A DNA stretch of 64,000 bases. It comes from Eledone cirrhosa. Lineage: Eukaryota. Where the stretch lies: NCBI GenBank assembly GCA_964016885.1, contig OZ024741.1, positions 214,024,001-214,088,000 on the forward strand, in the 5' to 3' direction. The notes beneath the pieces were generated by a model. It was given only the letters and a program-made list of their open reading frames with translations, was not told the origin of the DNA and did no database searches. This document shows positions 44,283 to 58,400 of the stretch, piece after piece. The position numbers were made by a program, and so were the translations under genes. Each line of letters starts with the position of its first letter. Within the stretch, counting starts at the first letter, position 1.

Positions 44283-44320
44283 CCTTTTGAAAAGCAGAAG
44301 AACTGCGAAACCGGTAAAGG
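44283..44320 (+). ncRNA. Minimal hammerhead with U3:A8 core (family D, right arm)
   Basis: CCTT-TTGAAAA-GCAG AAGAA CTGC-GAAA-CCGG-TA-AAGG; stems I and II perfect; palindromic ACCGGT; GUA site. Confidence 0.82.
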
Positions 44321-44452
44321 AACCAAATAAAAATATATATATTTAAAAAAAAATAAGACTCCAGTTGCATTTTCGATTTCATCTCTTTTTCTTTATACTT
44401 TCACTCGTGTAGGACACCTCGGTTATTTTTCATTTTGTAAAAAAAACCTCAC

Positions 44453-44517
<65 letters not shown>

Positions 44518-44518
<1 letters not shown>

Positions 44519-44680
44519 CTAGATCTGAACTGTTCGGAGTTCGGATCAAGCAGTCGAAACCGCCGGAGCTCAGCCATCGTGGGTCCTCATTCTTTTCATA
44601 TTACTCACTCTACGGCTCTAAATATGAAGTACTCTGGTGTGTTATGGTCAACCTGGTATCTTACCACACCTTCTTTGTTA
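44518..44680 (+). mobile_element. Family A-related PLE-end remnant
   Basis: GTCGAAACCGCCGGAGCTCAGCCATCG...GTACTCTGGTGTGTTATGGTC; closest to 22775-22964. Confidence 0.7.
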
Positions 44681-45182
44681 TATATATATTATCTGTGTTT
44701 TCGTGTTACTGCGTCGATAATGAGTAGCGTGAACTTGGTTCTAGAACGTGCAATGTAAATGTAAATGAATCGTTTAAGTTTAAATTTGTTGTTGTTTCGT
44801 GGTCCCAATGAACAGAATGGCAAAGATTTTAACCCAGAGGATAGCCATAGGAATGTACGGACAGAGCCAGTTAAACTGGCTATCCAACTAATATGTATCA
44901 GGTTGTTTCACCATATTGAAGAGTAGCGCCCAGATGTTATATACCAGTATGATTTTATTTCTTTCGTCACTAAGTACCACGTTGGCTGATTTGTTGGAAC
45001 ATCGAATAAAATGCTTTTTGGTATTTGTTCTAAATTCCTGCTCCCTATGTTCAATTGTCGCGGGGATCAACTTCGCCTTTCGTTCTTTTGATTCTTCTTT
45101 CTCTCCATTTGTCGATCGTAACTGTATGTAAAAAAAATCTAGCATTATAACACTGGGCTACATTGATTTAAACTGAGAATGA

Positions 45183-45350
45183 CTGTACTTCCCGGCGCCG
45201 AAGACGCTTCGTACTCGAGGACGCACCCTAATTTTGATACCAAAAATTTGAAAAAAAAAATAATAAACAATCTTCGGCCTCCGGACGCATGATAGAATTT
45301 TTAGACTTATTTTAGGAAAAAAATAGCGTCTTCGACGCCGGGAAATACGG
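45183..45350. mobile_element. Tc1/mariner superfamily (Tc2/pogo-like) MITE
   Basis: 25 bp TIRs CTGTACTTCCCGGCGCCGAAGACGC / GCGTCTTCGACGCCGGGAAATACGG. Confidence 0.75.
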
Positions 45351-46118
45351 TGAATAAAATGTACATGTTACATGCCTGTGGAATACACAACTATTGAACA
45401 TTAAAAAAGCTTTATTCTACAAATTTAAATTGGGTTATATATATATAATATTGGTAATTTGTACATAAATTGGAAAATTAATTTTTTTAAAAACTATGAG
45501 ATAAATATTAATGCAACACCAGGTAGAAATATAGATAATTAAAAATACAGAAATGTATTTCATTCTTTAGTAAATAAACAGAACAATGTTATCAAAGGGA
45601 AACGTATGTTTGGTGTTGTTTGGAAATGTTTTCATTCTTAATTTAGATCTTTCCTACTTTGACAGTTATATATAAATTTCATTACGAATTTTAATTTAGA
45701 TTTTTTACATTTTGAAATAGACTTTTGCACTTTCGTGGTACAACTAGTTACATCTTGCGGTACACCAATGTGCCAAAGTTCACAGTTTAGAAACCACAAA
45801 TGGAAAGCCCCCTCCACCACCACCACCACCACTACCCCGTATTTGGCGTTACCACCAAAAGGGTTAGGATGTAGAAAATGTTAGAGGAGATGGAATTTCC
45901 ACTACTGCCAACGAAATACAGAAATAATTCTGTTAGTTGTTGTGGGTGTATTAATACATATATATATATATATGTGTGTGTGCGCGCGTGTATGTGTGAG
46001 AGAGAGATCTAGTTCAGGGTGTACTCAATTGACCCCTATTTTGAACTTAATGCATCACACACACCACAAACCCAACACCGTTTCACAAATATATATATAT
46101 ATACATATATATATATAC

Positions 46119-46227
<109 letters not shown>

Positions 46228-46632
46228 AGTTTGTGTGCGTATGTGATGTATGTGTGTGTATATATATATATAGATATATATACATAATACTTCTCTTTCA
46301 CTGTGATGACATTTAAACCCCCCACCCACTCTGTATCGAATGCAATACTACTACTGGTATGGAAGTGGTGGTGGTGTTGCTAGTGGTATTGTAACCGATT
46401 AAAATTTGAACTAAAAGACTTGATTTCTAGGTGTAATAATATTCACATCTACAACTACAACAACAACTAGAATAATAATGATGAGGGGAGAAGGAGAGTG
46501 GGGGGGGGGGGGGTAAAGATGGGATCGCAGTCGTGATATTATACTTGATTTCTCATACTAGGTCCTACGTAACCCCGTCTCTATTGGTTTTATTGTAATA
46601 CCATCTCGTCATCCGCCTATCTAGCTTTTGGG

Positions 46633-47370
46633 CTATGGATTGGCAATATCAGTAGAGCGCCGGACACTATGCTTCGTGGCATAGAGTTATGGGTCTTTAC
46701 GTTCTGAGTTCAAATCCCGCCGAGGTTAACTTTGCCTTTCGTCCTTACGGGGTCGATAAAATAAACGTACTGGGGTCGATTTAATCGACTTTCCCCTCCC
46801 CTAAATTGTTGGCCTTATGCCTAAATCAGAAATCCTTATTATTGGTTGGCAGTATCGGTAGAAGGTCGGACACCATGCTTTGCAGCATAGAGTTACGGCC
46901 CTTTATGATCTGAGTTCAAATCCTGCCGAGGTTAACTGATCCTTTCATCCTTACGAGGTCGATAAAATAAAGTACCAGTTATGCACTGGGATAATTCTTG
47001 TCCTTGTGCCAAAAGTAGAAACTATTATTATTGAAAGGATTAGAGCGGTGGATTAGCAGTAATGGTAGAGCGCCGAACAACATGTTTTGTGGCATATAGT
47101 TACGTTCCTTTATGTTCTGAGTTCAAATCTTGCCGATGTTAACTTTGCCTGTCATCCTTACGAGATCGATAAAATAAAGTACCAGTAACGAACTGGGGCC
47201 GATTTAAACGTTTTTCCCCGCCCCTCCAAAAGAAAAAATAATTAATAAATACACTTTTACGTTCTGATTTCAAATCCTGCTGAGGTGAAATTTGTGTTTC
47301 ATCCTTACAGAGTTGATAAAATAAAGTACCAGTTAAGTACTGGGGTCGATTTAATCCACGCTCCTTCCCA
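46633..47370 (+). mobile_element. Head-to-tail cluster of four family 1 SINEs
   Basis: Copies at ~46633-46840, 46845-47032, 47043-47225 and 47255-47370. Confidence 0.85.
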
Positions 47371-47563
47371 AACGACGAACAGATATAACCACTGTTTGTG
47401 TTGTGCATTTTCCCCCAACTTATGTCTTTGACTGAGTTGCAGTCCTTGGTCAAAGAGATACCGAGAGCAAATATTTGGCATCAGAAATGTTGCCAGATGC
47501 TAACTGTTGTCTACTAAATGGGTTATATAGTCGGTGGGGAGCCAATCTCCACATTCTATAGGG

Positions 47564-47682
47564 CAGGCATGGGCAAACTTTTTCGAGCAATGGGCGGGTA
47601 ACACTACTAAAATATGGAGGGCAATTTTGAAATTAGACATGCCATACAGAAAGCCAAACGGGTCGCAGTTTGGCCACGGTTG
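47564..47682. mobile_element. hAT-type MITE
   Basis: CAGGCATGGGCAAACT ... AGTTTGGCCACGGTTG; approximate TSD CTATAGGG/TTATAGAA. Confidence 0.55.
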
Positions 47683-48941
47683 TTATAGAATGTTAAGTGA
47701 GTATAGATATATAAGTGATGATGGCCTAGGAACGATTTTAGGAGTCAATGAGAACAGTCTAAATAACACAAGCCTTTTCTGGAGGACTTTCAGGTTGCTT
47801 AAACGTTACAAATCTGTCAGCGCTATAGAGGGTTTTTCCCTGTTTGTCATATACGCTATAGACACGGCCTTTCTGGAGCAATTAGCAACCAAACCTCTCT
47901 CAGATGTACACACGATGACGAAATATTACTTTCGCTGATTACCGTAAAATTTTACTTGACAAAGCAATTCTATATTTTATATTCGTATATTTGATTTTGT
48001 ATTATTACTATTTTATTGTTCATATTTATTTTTTATTATTCTATTATTTTTTCATTATTTTATTGTTCTTTTATTATATTTTTATTCTATATACCCTTTT
48101 TTATTTTTATGTTTTATTTTTTACCTTTTATTTTTTATCCTTTATTTCTATATTATATCATTATTCCTCTTATATCTTATTCTTCATATGTTGTATTAAA
48201 AAAACCATAATTGTGATAGTGTTTATCTATCCTTTGTTAGTTTATAATAGCCTTGTTTTATGAGTTTATTGCTGAATTTTGCTATGATGCCAGGAAGACA
48301 AAGAGATAAATTTGCTTTCTTGTTCTGTTAATGGCGGTCAGCGTGGTTTTACAATCGCTTTAAAACTTTCTTACTTTTTATTTAGAATTTTTTTTACCCA
48401 TCAATCAACATCAGATAAATGAAACACATACACAGATATATTCCCAAAGGACTTATATAGCAGTTTGGATCGCGTACTCTGAATGTTGACCACACCTACT
48501 GATTTTGCTTAAATACTACTATTATATAAACATGAATATATGCTATGTTTCCTAATATAAGCACAAGGCTAGAAATTTGGAAGAAGGGGAAAGTTGGTTA
48601 TATAGATCCAAGTACTTAACTAGTATATCATTTAATCGAGCCAGAAGGACGAAAGATAAGATTTGAACGCAGAACGTAAAGAATCAGAAATAAATACTAC
48701 AATTGCATATATATCACAATTGCATATATTCCACAATAGCATATATACCACAAGTACATATATACCACATTTGCATATATTCCGACGCTTCCGATTATGT
48801 CTGATGACGAGCTTTCTATATGATCAGTTTTATGTAACTACGTAAAGCGAATGAAAATATGGAAAAAATGTGCATCATTTAATGAAATACGGAAATTTAT
48901 ATATATTTCCTTTGTCTCGATCCCCCTTATATATATATATG

Positions 48942-49044
<103 letters not shown>

Positions 49045-49427
49045 CCAGAAAAAAAATGTTTTCATTACACGTGTTTTACTGATGAAACTGTTTTCAACGA
49101 TTGCGAAACCTACATCAATATTCGAATATTTGATGTTATATTGACACTTCGTACCTATATATATGTATATATATATATATCAGGAATTTTACACACCCTA
49201 GATAGATAGATATATACAATCAGACAATCAGATAAGATCTAGCATATGTATTACACGAAGTCATGAGGAATACAGAACATGCGTAGAAATATTATCTGTA
49301 ATAAAATATGTTCAAGTACGAAACCAGATGGTAGCCTTCATAATATCGTGTAACATCGTTATTTTGTAAATATGCAGCTCTTTTATTGATATAGAGCAAC
49401 GTTCTCATCCATTTGATGGTTGCTACG

Positions 49428-49481
<54 letters not shown>

Positions 49482-50243
49482 ACACACACATTGTATTGGG
49501 AGATTCCTTAATGAAATAATCCCTAAATATATATAACAGAATGTTGGGGAAGGAAGGGAATAAAGAGAAAAGATAAGGAGAGGCTAGTGTATAAGAAAGA
49601 GGAAAAGTGTGAGTGAGAGAGAGAGTGAGAATGTGAAAGGGAGAGCCGTGTAAGGAAATACTAATAAGTGACATAATCAATAATAGAGGGAGAGATGAAA
49701 AGAGAGACTGAATAAGGATACAATTAAAGACATATTATGTGTGTGTGTGTATTTGTATATATATATATAAATATGTGTGTGTGTGTCTGTGTGTGTTTGT
49801 GTGTGTATATATTAGTATATATATATATGGGTGTGTGTGTTTGTGTGTGTATATATATATATATACATATTCATTAGTGTATATATATATGTGTGTGTGT
49901 GCGTGTGACTATATATACACACGTGAATGTGTCGACGGTGGTGGAGTGGATTAAATATAATTAATGGAGTAATCTCAAGCTGTAAAATGAAGAGATGGGG
50001 GGGGGCATCAGAGGGCGGGAGGAGGGGGGGAGGTTTATAGAGAGAGAGGAAGGGTGAAGAAGGAGATAGAAAGAGACGGTGGTGTGGGAAGATAGAGCGA
50101 GGAAGGATGGATACATAGATAGAGAGAGAGAGGGATTAGATAGAGAGAGTGAGAGAGGGATTAGATTCAGAGAAAGAGAGAGAAAGAGAGAATGAAGAAA
50201 GGTTTGTTGAAGGATAGAGAGATAGACTGAAATCAATCATTGA

Positions 50244-50286
<43 letters not shown>

Positions 50287-50299
50287 TAACAGATTAAAG

Positions 50300-50346
50300 T
50301 TTAAGCATAGAATCGTTGCTTTCACCTTTAACGGGATCTTCTGAAA
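50300..50346 (-). ncRNA. Second copy of the CAGAAGA hammerhead-like motif (family I)
   Basis: 50279-50364 is the reverse complement of 3420-3508; abuts (TA)n. Confidence 0.42.
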
Positions 50347-50528
50347 TTAAAAAAAATCAATCTGAGAACGCAGAAGTAAATATTTCAAAAAATGTTGCAA
50401 CTGAAGGAAGACAGGAAGACGATAATTTGGTTCGTGAAAACGTTCCCTGGCAAAGAACGAAAAAAAACGAAGATAATACGTCATTATTTGGAGCGTTGAA
50501 AACAATTATTATTATTACTATATATATA

Positions 50529-50720
50529 GGGCGGTGGATTGGCAATATCAGTAGGGGGTCGGACGCCATGCTTTCCAGCATAGTTACGTCCCTTTACGAT
50601 CTGAGTTCAAATCCCGACGAGGTTGACTTTGCCTTTCATCCTTACGGGGTCGATAAAATAAAGTACCAGTAATGCACTGGTTAATTGCTGGCCTTGTGCC
50701 TAAAGTTGAAACAATTATTA
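50529..50720 (+). mobile_element. SINE family 1, full length with TSD
   Basis: ATTATTACTATATATATA duplicated on both sides. Confidence 0.88.
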
Positions 50721-51054
50721 CTATATATATATAGAGAGAGAGAGAGAGGGGGAGATTGGGGAGAGATAGGGGGAGATTGGGGAGAGATAGAGAGAGAGAA
50801 GGAGGGAAGGATGATAGAGAGAGTGGAGAGAAGTATGATAGAGAGAAAGAGTGGGGAGAAGTAGAATAGAGAGAGAGAGAGTAGGGAGACGGATCATAGA
50901 GAGAGAGAGAGTGGGGAGAAGTATGATAGAGAGAAAGAGTGGGGAGAAGGAAAATAGAGAGAGAGTGGGGGAGAAGGAGAATAGAGAGAGAGAGTGGGGA
51001 GAAGGTTGATAGAGAGATCGGGCAAGAAACGGAAAACTATCGTAGGAGAGACAG

Positions 51055-51149
<95 letters not shown>

Positions 51150-51230
51150 GAGAGAACGAGAGACCGAGACAGACTAGACTAGAGAGAGAGAGACCGACGG
51201 ACAGACAGATTTGCGTGTGTGTGTGTGTGT

Positions 51231-51334
<104 letters not shown>

Positions 51335-51599
51335 CTGAAGAGAGAGAGACAAACAGACAGACTAAAGAGAGAGGCGGGGAGAGGGAGACAAACTAGAGAG
51401 ATAGAGAGAGAGGGGGAGAGAGAGACATACTAGAGAGAGAGAGAGAGAGAGAAGCAGAGAGAGAGAGAGAGGGAGAGAGGGGTGATTAGCTAGATAGATG
51501 ATAGAGATAGAGATTGTTAAAAACGTTCGTTTCAATTGTTCTGATATCAACAAATGTCCATTAGTCTGTAGTTGGACAGATTAAGATTGTGTTGATATA

Positions 51600-52410
51600 G
51601 TGTAAAGTGGTGTGGTGTGGTGTAGTGTAAGGTGGTGTGGTGTTGTGTGGTGTGGTGTGTGGTGTAGTGTCGTGTGGTGTCATGTGGTGTTGTGTAGAGG
51701 TGGTGTGGTGTTGTGGTGTAGTGTAAAGTGGTGGTGGTGTTGTGTAAGGTGGTGTGTGTGGTGTAGTGTGGTGGTGTGTGGTGTTGTGTAGTGTGGTATA
51801 GTGTGCTGTAGTGTGGTGCGGTGTAGTGGTGTGGGGTAGTGTAAAGTGGTGTGGTGTGGTGTAGTGTGGTGTGGTGTTGGGTGGTGTGGTGTAGTGTAGT
51901 GTGGTATGGTGTGGTGTTGTGGTGTAGTGTAAAGTGGTGGTGTTGTTGTGTAGTGTGGTGTGGTGTAGTGTAGTATGGTGTAGTGTGGTGTGGTGTAGTC
52001 TAAAGTGGTGTGTTGTTGTGTGGTGCAGTGTTGTGCGGTGTGGTGTTGCGTGATGTGGTGTGGTGTTGTGTAGTGTGGTGTGGTGGTGGTGTGGTGTTGT
52101 GTAGTGGGGGAGTATAGTGTGGTGGTGTAGTGGTGATGTCTTGTTGTGTTGTGGTGTTGTGTTGCGGTGTGTAGTGTAGTGGTGGTGTGGTGTAGTGTAG
52201 TGTGGTGGTGGAGTTTAATGTAGTGTGGTGTGATGTAGTGTAGTGTGGTGGTGTGGTGTGGTGTGGTTTTGCGGTGTGTAGTTTAGTGGTGGTGTGGTTT
52301 GGTGTGGTGTGGTGTAGAGGTGGTGTGGTGGTGGTGTAGTTGGGGTGTGGTGTAGTGTAATGGCGGTGTGGTGTAGTGGCGGTGTAGTGTAGTGGCGGTG
52401 TGTTCTCTTG
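51600..52410. repeat. Degenerate (GTGTG/GTGTA)n tract
   Basis: Direct reading. Confidence 0.9.
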
Positions 52411-55400
52411 TGGTGTAGTTTGTTATGGTGTGGTGTGGTGAGGTACAGTAGAGCTTAGTACAGTGTAGTTTGGTATGGTGTGGTGTGGTGAGGTACAGTA
52501 GAGCTTAGTACAGTGTAGTTTGGTATGATGTGGTGTGGTGAGGTACAGTAGAGCTTAGTACAGTGTAGTTTGGTATGATGTGGTGTGGTGAGGTACAGTA
52601 GAGCTTAGTACAGTGTAGTCTGGTACGTTGTGGTGTGGTCAGGTACAGTAGAGCTTAGTACAGTGTAGTTTGGTATGGTGTGGTGTGGTGAGGTACAGTA
52701 GAGCTTAGTACAGTGTAGTTTGGTACGTTGTGGTGTGGACAGGTACAGTAGAGCTTAGTACAGTGTAGTTTGGTATGGTGTGGTGTGGTGAGGTACAGTA
52801 GAGCTTAGTACAGTGTAGTTTGGTATGGTGTGGTGAGGTACAGTAGAGCTTAGTACAGTGTAGTTTGGTATGGTGTGGTGTGGTGAGGTACAATAGAGCT
52901 TAGTACAGTGTAGTTTGGTACGGTGTGGTGTGGTGAGGTACAGTAGAGCTTAGTACAGTGTAGTTTGGTACGGTGTGGTGAGTTACAGTAGAGCTTAGTA
53001 CAGTGTAGTTTGGTACGGTGTGGTGTGGTCAGGTACAGTAGAGCTTAGTACAGTGTAGTTTGGTATGGTGTGGTGTGGTGAGGTACAGTAGAGCTGAGTA
53101 CAGTGTAGTTTGGTATGGTGTGGTGAGGTACAGTAGAGATTAGTACAGTGTAGTTTGGTACGGTGTGGTGTGGTGAGGTACAGTAGAGCTTAGTACAGTG
53201 TAGTTTGGTATGGTGTGGTGTGGTGAGGTACAGTAGAGCTTAGTACAGTGTAGTTTGGTACGGTGTGGTGTGGTGAGGTACAGTAGAGCTTAGTACAGTG
53301 TAGTTTGGTATGCTGTGGTGTGGTGAGGTACAGTAGAGCTTAGTACAGTGTAGTTTGGTACGGTGTGGTGTGGTGAGGTACAGTAGAGCTTAGTACAGTG
53401 TAGTTTGGTACGGTGTGGTGTGGTGAGGTACAGTAGAGCTTAGTACAGTGTAGTTTGGTATGGTGTGGTGTGGTGAGGTACAGTAGAGCTTAGTACAGTG
53501 TAGTCTGGTACGTTGTGGTGTGGTCAGGTACAGTAGAGCTTAGTACAGTGTAGTTTGGTACGGTGTGGTGTGGTGAGGTACAGTAGAGCTTAGTACAGTG
53601 TAGTTTGGTACGGTGTGGTGTGGTGAGGTACAGTAGGGCTTAGTACAGTGTAGTTTGGTATGGTGTGGTGTGGTGAGGTACAGTAGAGCTTAGTACAGTG
53701 TAGTTTGGTACGGTGTGGTGAGGTGAGGTACAGTAGAGCTTAGTACTGTATAGTTTGGTACGGTGTGGTGTGGTGAGTTACAGTAGAGCTTAGTACAGTG
53801 TAGTTTGGTACGGTGTGGTGTGGTGAGGTACAGTAGAGCTTAGTACAGTGTAGTTTGGTATGATGTGGTGTGGTGAAGTACAGTAGAGCTTAGTACAGTG
53901 TAGTTTGGTACGGTGTGGTGTGGTGAGGTACAGTAGAGCTTAGTACAGTGTAGTTTGGTATGGTGTGGTGTGGTGAGGTACAGTAGAGCTTAGTACAGTG
54001 TAGTTTGGTACGGTGTGGTGTGGTGAGGTACAGTAGAGCTTAGTACAGTGTAGTTTGGTATGCTGTGGTGTGGTGAGGTACAGTAGAGCTTAGTACAGTG
54101 TAGTTTGGTACGGTGTGGTGTGGTGAGGTACAGTAGAGCTTAGTACAGTGTAGTTTGGTAGGGTGTGGTGTGGTGAGGTACAGTAGAGCTTAGTACAGTG
54201 TAGTTTGGTATGGTGTGGTGTGGTGAGGTACAGTAGAGCTTAGTACAGTGTAGTCTGGTACGTTGTGGTGTGGTCAGGTACAGTAGAGCTTAGTACAGTG
54301 TAGTTTGGTACGGTGTGGTGTGGTGAGGTACAGTAGAGCTTAGTACAGTGTAGTTTGGTACGGTGTGGTGTGGTGAGGTACAGTAGGGCTTAGTACAGTG
54401 TAGTTTGGTATGGTGTGGTGTGGTGAGGTACAGTAGAGCTTAGTACAGTGTAGTTTGGTACGGTGTGGTGAGGTGAGGTACAGTAGAGCTTAGTACTGTA
54501 TAGTTTGGTACGGTGTGGTGTGGTGAGTTACAGTAGAGCTTAGTACAGTGTAGTTTGGTACGGTGTGGTGTGGTGAGGTACAGTAGAGCTTAGTACAGTG
54601 TAGTTTGGTATGATGTGGTGTGGTGAAGTACAGTAGAGCTTAGTACAGTGTAGTTTGGTACGGTGTGGTGTGGTGAGGTACAGTAGAGCTTAGTAAAGTG
54701 TAGTTTGGTACGGTGTGGTGTGGTGAGGTACAGTAGAGCTTAGTACAGTGTAGTTTGGTATGATGTGGTGTGGTGAAGTACAGTCGAGCTTAGTACAGTG
54801 TAGTTTGGTACGGTGTGGTGACGTGAAGTACAGTAGAGCTTAGTACAGTGTAGTTTGGTACGGTGTGGTGTGGTGAAGTACAGTAGAGCTTAGTACAGTG
54901 TAGTTTGGTATGGTGTGGTGTGGTGAGGTACAGTCGAGCTGAGTACAGTGTAGTTTGGTATGGTGTGGTGAGGTACAGTAGAGATTAGTACAGTGTAGTT
55001 TGGTACGGTGTGGTGTGGTGAGGTACAGTAGAGCTTAGTACAGTGTAGTTTGGTATGGTGTGGTGTGGTGAGGTACAGTAGAGCTTAGTACAGTGTAGTT
55101 TGGTACGGTGTGGTGTGGTGAGGTACAGTAGAGCTTAGTACAGTGTAGTTTGGTATGCTGTGGTGTGGTAGGGTACAGTAGAGCTTAGTACAGTGTAGTT
55201 TGGTACGGTGTGGTGTGGTGAGGTACAGTAGAGCTTAGTACAGTGTAGTTTGGTACGGTGTGGTGTGGTGAGGTACAGTAGAGCTTAGTACAGTGTAGTT
55301 TGGTATGGTGTGGTGTGGTGAGGTACAGTAGAGCTTAGTACAGTGTAGTCTGGTACGTTGTGGTGTGGTCAGGTACAGTAGAGCTTAGTACAGTGTAGTT

Positions 55401-58400
55401 TGGTACGGTGTGGTGTGGTGAGGTACAGTAGAGCTTAGTACAGTGTAGTTTGGTACGGTGTGGTGTGGTGAGGTACAGTAGGGCTTAGTACAGTGTAGTT
55501 TGGTATGGTGTGGTGTGGTGAGGTACAGTAGAGCTTAGTACAGTGTAGTTTGGTACGGTGTGGTGAGGTGAGGTACAGTAGAGCTTAGTACTGTATAGTT
55601 TGGTACGGTGTGGTGTGGTGAGTTACAGTAGAGCTTAGTACAGTGTAGTTTGGTACGGTGTGGTGTGGTGAGGTACAGTAGAGCTTAGTACAGTGTAGTT
55701 TGGTATGATGTGGTGTGGTGAAGTACAGTAGAGCTTAGTACAGTGTAGTTTGGTACGGTGTGGTGTGGTGAGGTACAGTAGAGCTTAGTAAAGTGTAGTT
55801 TGGTACGGTGTGGTGTGGTGAGGTACAGTAGAGCTTAGTACAGTGTAGTTTGGTATGATGTGGTGTGGTGAAGTACAGTCGAGCTTAGTACAGTGTAGTT
55901 TGGTACGGTGTGGTGACGTGAAGTACAGTAGAGCTTAGTACAGTGTAGTTTGGTACGGTGTGGTGTGGTGAGGTACAGTAGAGCTTAGTACAGTGTAGTT
56001 TGGTATGGTGTGGTGTGGTGAGGTACAGTAGAGCTTAGTACAGTGTAGTTTGGTACGGTGTGGTGTGGTGAGGTACAGTAGAGCTTAGTACAGTGTATTT
56101 TGGTACGGTGTGGTGAGGTACAGTAGAGCTTAGTACAGTGTAGTTTGGTACGGTGTGGTGTGGTGAGGTACAGTAGAGCTTAGTACAATGTAGTTTGGTA
56201 TGGTGTGGTGTGGTGAGGTACAGTAGAGCTTAGTACAATGTAGTTTGGTATGGTGTGGTGTGGTGAGGTACAGTAGAGCTTAGTACAGTGTAGTTTGGTA
56301 CGGTGTGGTGTGGTGAGGTACAGTAGAGCTTAGTACAGTGTAGTTTGGTACGGTGTGGCGTGGTAGGGTACAATAGAGCTTAGTACAGTGTAGTTTGGTA
56401 TGGTGTGGTGTGGTGAGGTACAGTAGAGCTTAGTACAGTGTAGTTTGGTACGGTGTGGTGTGGTGAGGTACAGTAGAGCTTAGTACAGTGTAGTTTGGTA
56501 TGGTGTGGTGTGGTGAGGTACAGTAGAGCTTAATACAATGTAGTTTGGTATGGTGTGGTGTGGTGAGGTACAGTAGAGCTTAGTACAGTGTAGTTTGGTA
56601 TGGTGTGGTGTGATGAGGTACAGTAGAGCTTAGTACAGTGTAGTTTGGTAGGGTGTGGTGTGGTGAGGTACAGTAGAGCTTAGTACAGTGTAGTTTGGTA
56701 TGGTGTGGTGAGGTACAGTAGAGCTTAGTACAGTGTAGTTTGGTAGGGTGTGGTGTGGTGAGGTACAGTAGAGCTTAGTACAGTGTAGTTTGGTATGGTG
56801 TGGTGTGGTGAGGTACAGTAGAGCTTAGTACAGTGTTGTTTGGTACGGTGTGGTGTGGTGAGGTACAGTAGAGCTTAGTACAGTGTAGTTTGGCATGGTG
56901 TGGTGTGGTGAGGTACAGTAGAGCTTAGTACAGTGTAGTTTGGTAGGGTGTGGTGTGGTGAGGTACAGTAGAGCTTAGTACAGTGTAGTTTGGTATGGTG
57001 TGGTGTGGTGAGGTACAGTAGAGCTTAGTACAGTGTAGTTTGGTATGATGTGGTGTGGTGAGGTACAGTAGAGCTTAGTACAGTGTAGTTTGGTATGGTG
57101 TGGTGTGGTGAGGTACAGTAGAGCTTAGTACAGTGTAGTTTGGTATGGTGTGGTGTGGTGAGGTACAGTAGGGCTTAGTACAGTGTAGTTTGGTATGGTG
57201 TGGTGTGGTGAGGTAGAGTAGAGCTTAGTACAGTGTAGTTTGGTATGGTGTGGTGTGGTGAGGTACAGTAGAGCTTAGTACAGTGTAGTTTGGTATGGTG
57301 TGGTGTGGTGAGGTACAGTAGAGCTTAGTACAGTGTAGTTTGGTATGGTGTGGTGAGGTACAGTAGAGCTTAGTACAGTGTAGTTTGGTATGGTGTGGTG
57401 TGGTGAGGTACAATAGAGCTTAGTACAGTGTAGTTTGGTATGGTGTGGTGTGGTGAGGTACAGTAGAGCTTAGTACAGTGTAGTTTGGTACGGTGTGGTG
57501 TGGTAGGGTACAATAGAGCTTAGTACAGTGTAGTTTGGTATGGTGTGGTGTGGTGAGGTACAGTAGAGCTTAGTACAGTGTAGTTTGGTATGGTGTGGTG
57601 TGGTGAGGTACAGTAGAGCTTAGTACAGTGTAGTTTGGTATGGTGTGGTGTGGTGAGGTACAGTAGAGCTTAGTACAGTGTAGTTTGGTACGGTGTGGTG
57701 TGGTGAGGTACAGTAGAGCTTAGTACAGTGTAGTTTGGTATGGTGTGGTGTGGTGAGGTACATTAGAGCTATGTACAGTGTAGTTTGGTACGGTGTGGTG
57801 TGGTGAGGTACAGTAGAGCTTAGTACAGTGTAGTTTGGTATGGTGTGGTGTGGTGAGGTACAGTAGAGCTTAGTACAGTGTAGTTTGGTATGGTGTGGTG
57901 TGGTGAGGTACAGTAGAGCTTAGTACAGTGTTGTTTGGTATGGTGTGATGTTGTGAGGTACAGTAGAGCTTAGTACAGTGTAGTTTGGTACGGTGTGGTG
58001 TGGTGAGGTACAGTAGAGCTTAGTACAGTGTAGTTTGGTATGGTGTGGTGTGGTGAGGTACAGTAGAGCTTAGTACAGTGTAGTTTTGTATGGTGTGATG
58101 TTGTGAGGTACAGTAGAGCTTCGTACAGTGTAGTTTGGTACGGTGTGGTGTGGTGAGGTACAGTAGAGCTTAGTACAGTTTAGTTTGGTATGGTGTGATG
58201 TTGTGAGGTACAGTAGAGCTTAGTACAGTGTAGTTTGGTATGGTGTGGTGTGGTGAGGTACAGTAGAGCTTAGTACAGTGTAGTTTGGTATGATGTGGTG
58301 TGGTGAGGTACAGTAGAGCTTAGTACAGTGTAGTTTGGTATGGTGTGGTGTGGTGAGGTACAGTAGAGCTTAGTACAGTGTAGTTTGGTATGATGTGGTG

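Larger units (their letters stand above)
43739..44460. mobile_element. Large fold-back PLE-end remnant (family D)
   Basis: ~43739-44007 is inverted at ~44147-44391 (one ~25 bp indel), followed by a ~70 bp tail; (TA)n on both sides. Confidence 0.85.

Noticed and set aside
50529-50620. Possible tRNA genes
   Set aside because: A/B boxes belong to dispersed SINE heads; no convincing cloverleaf
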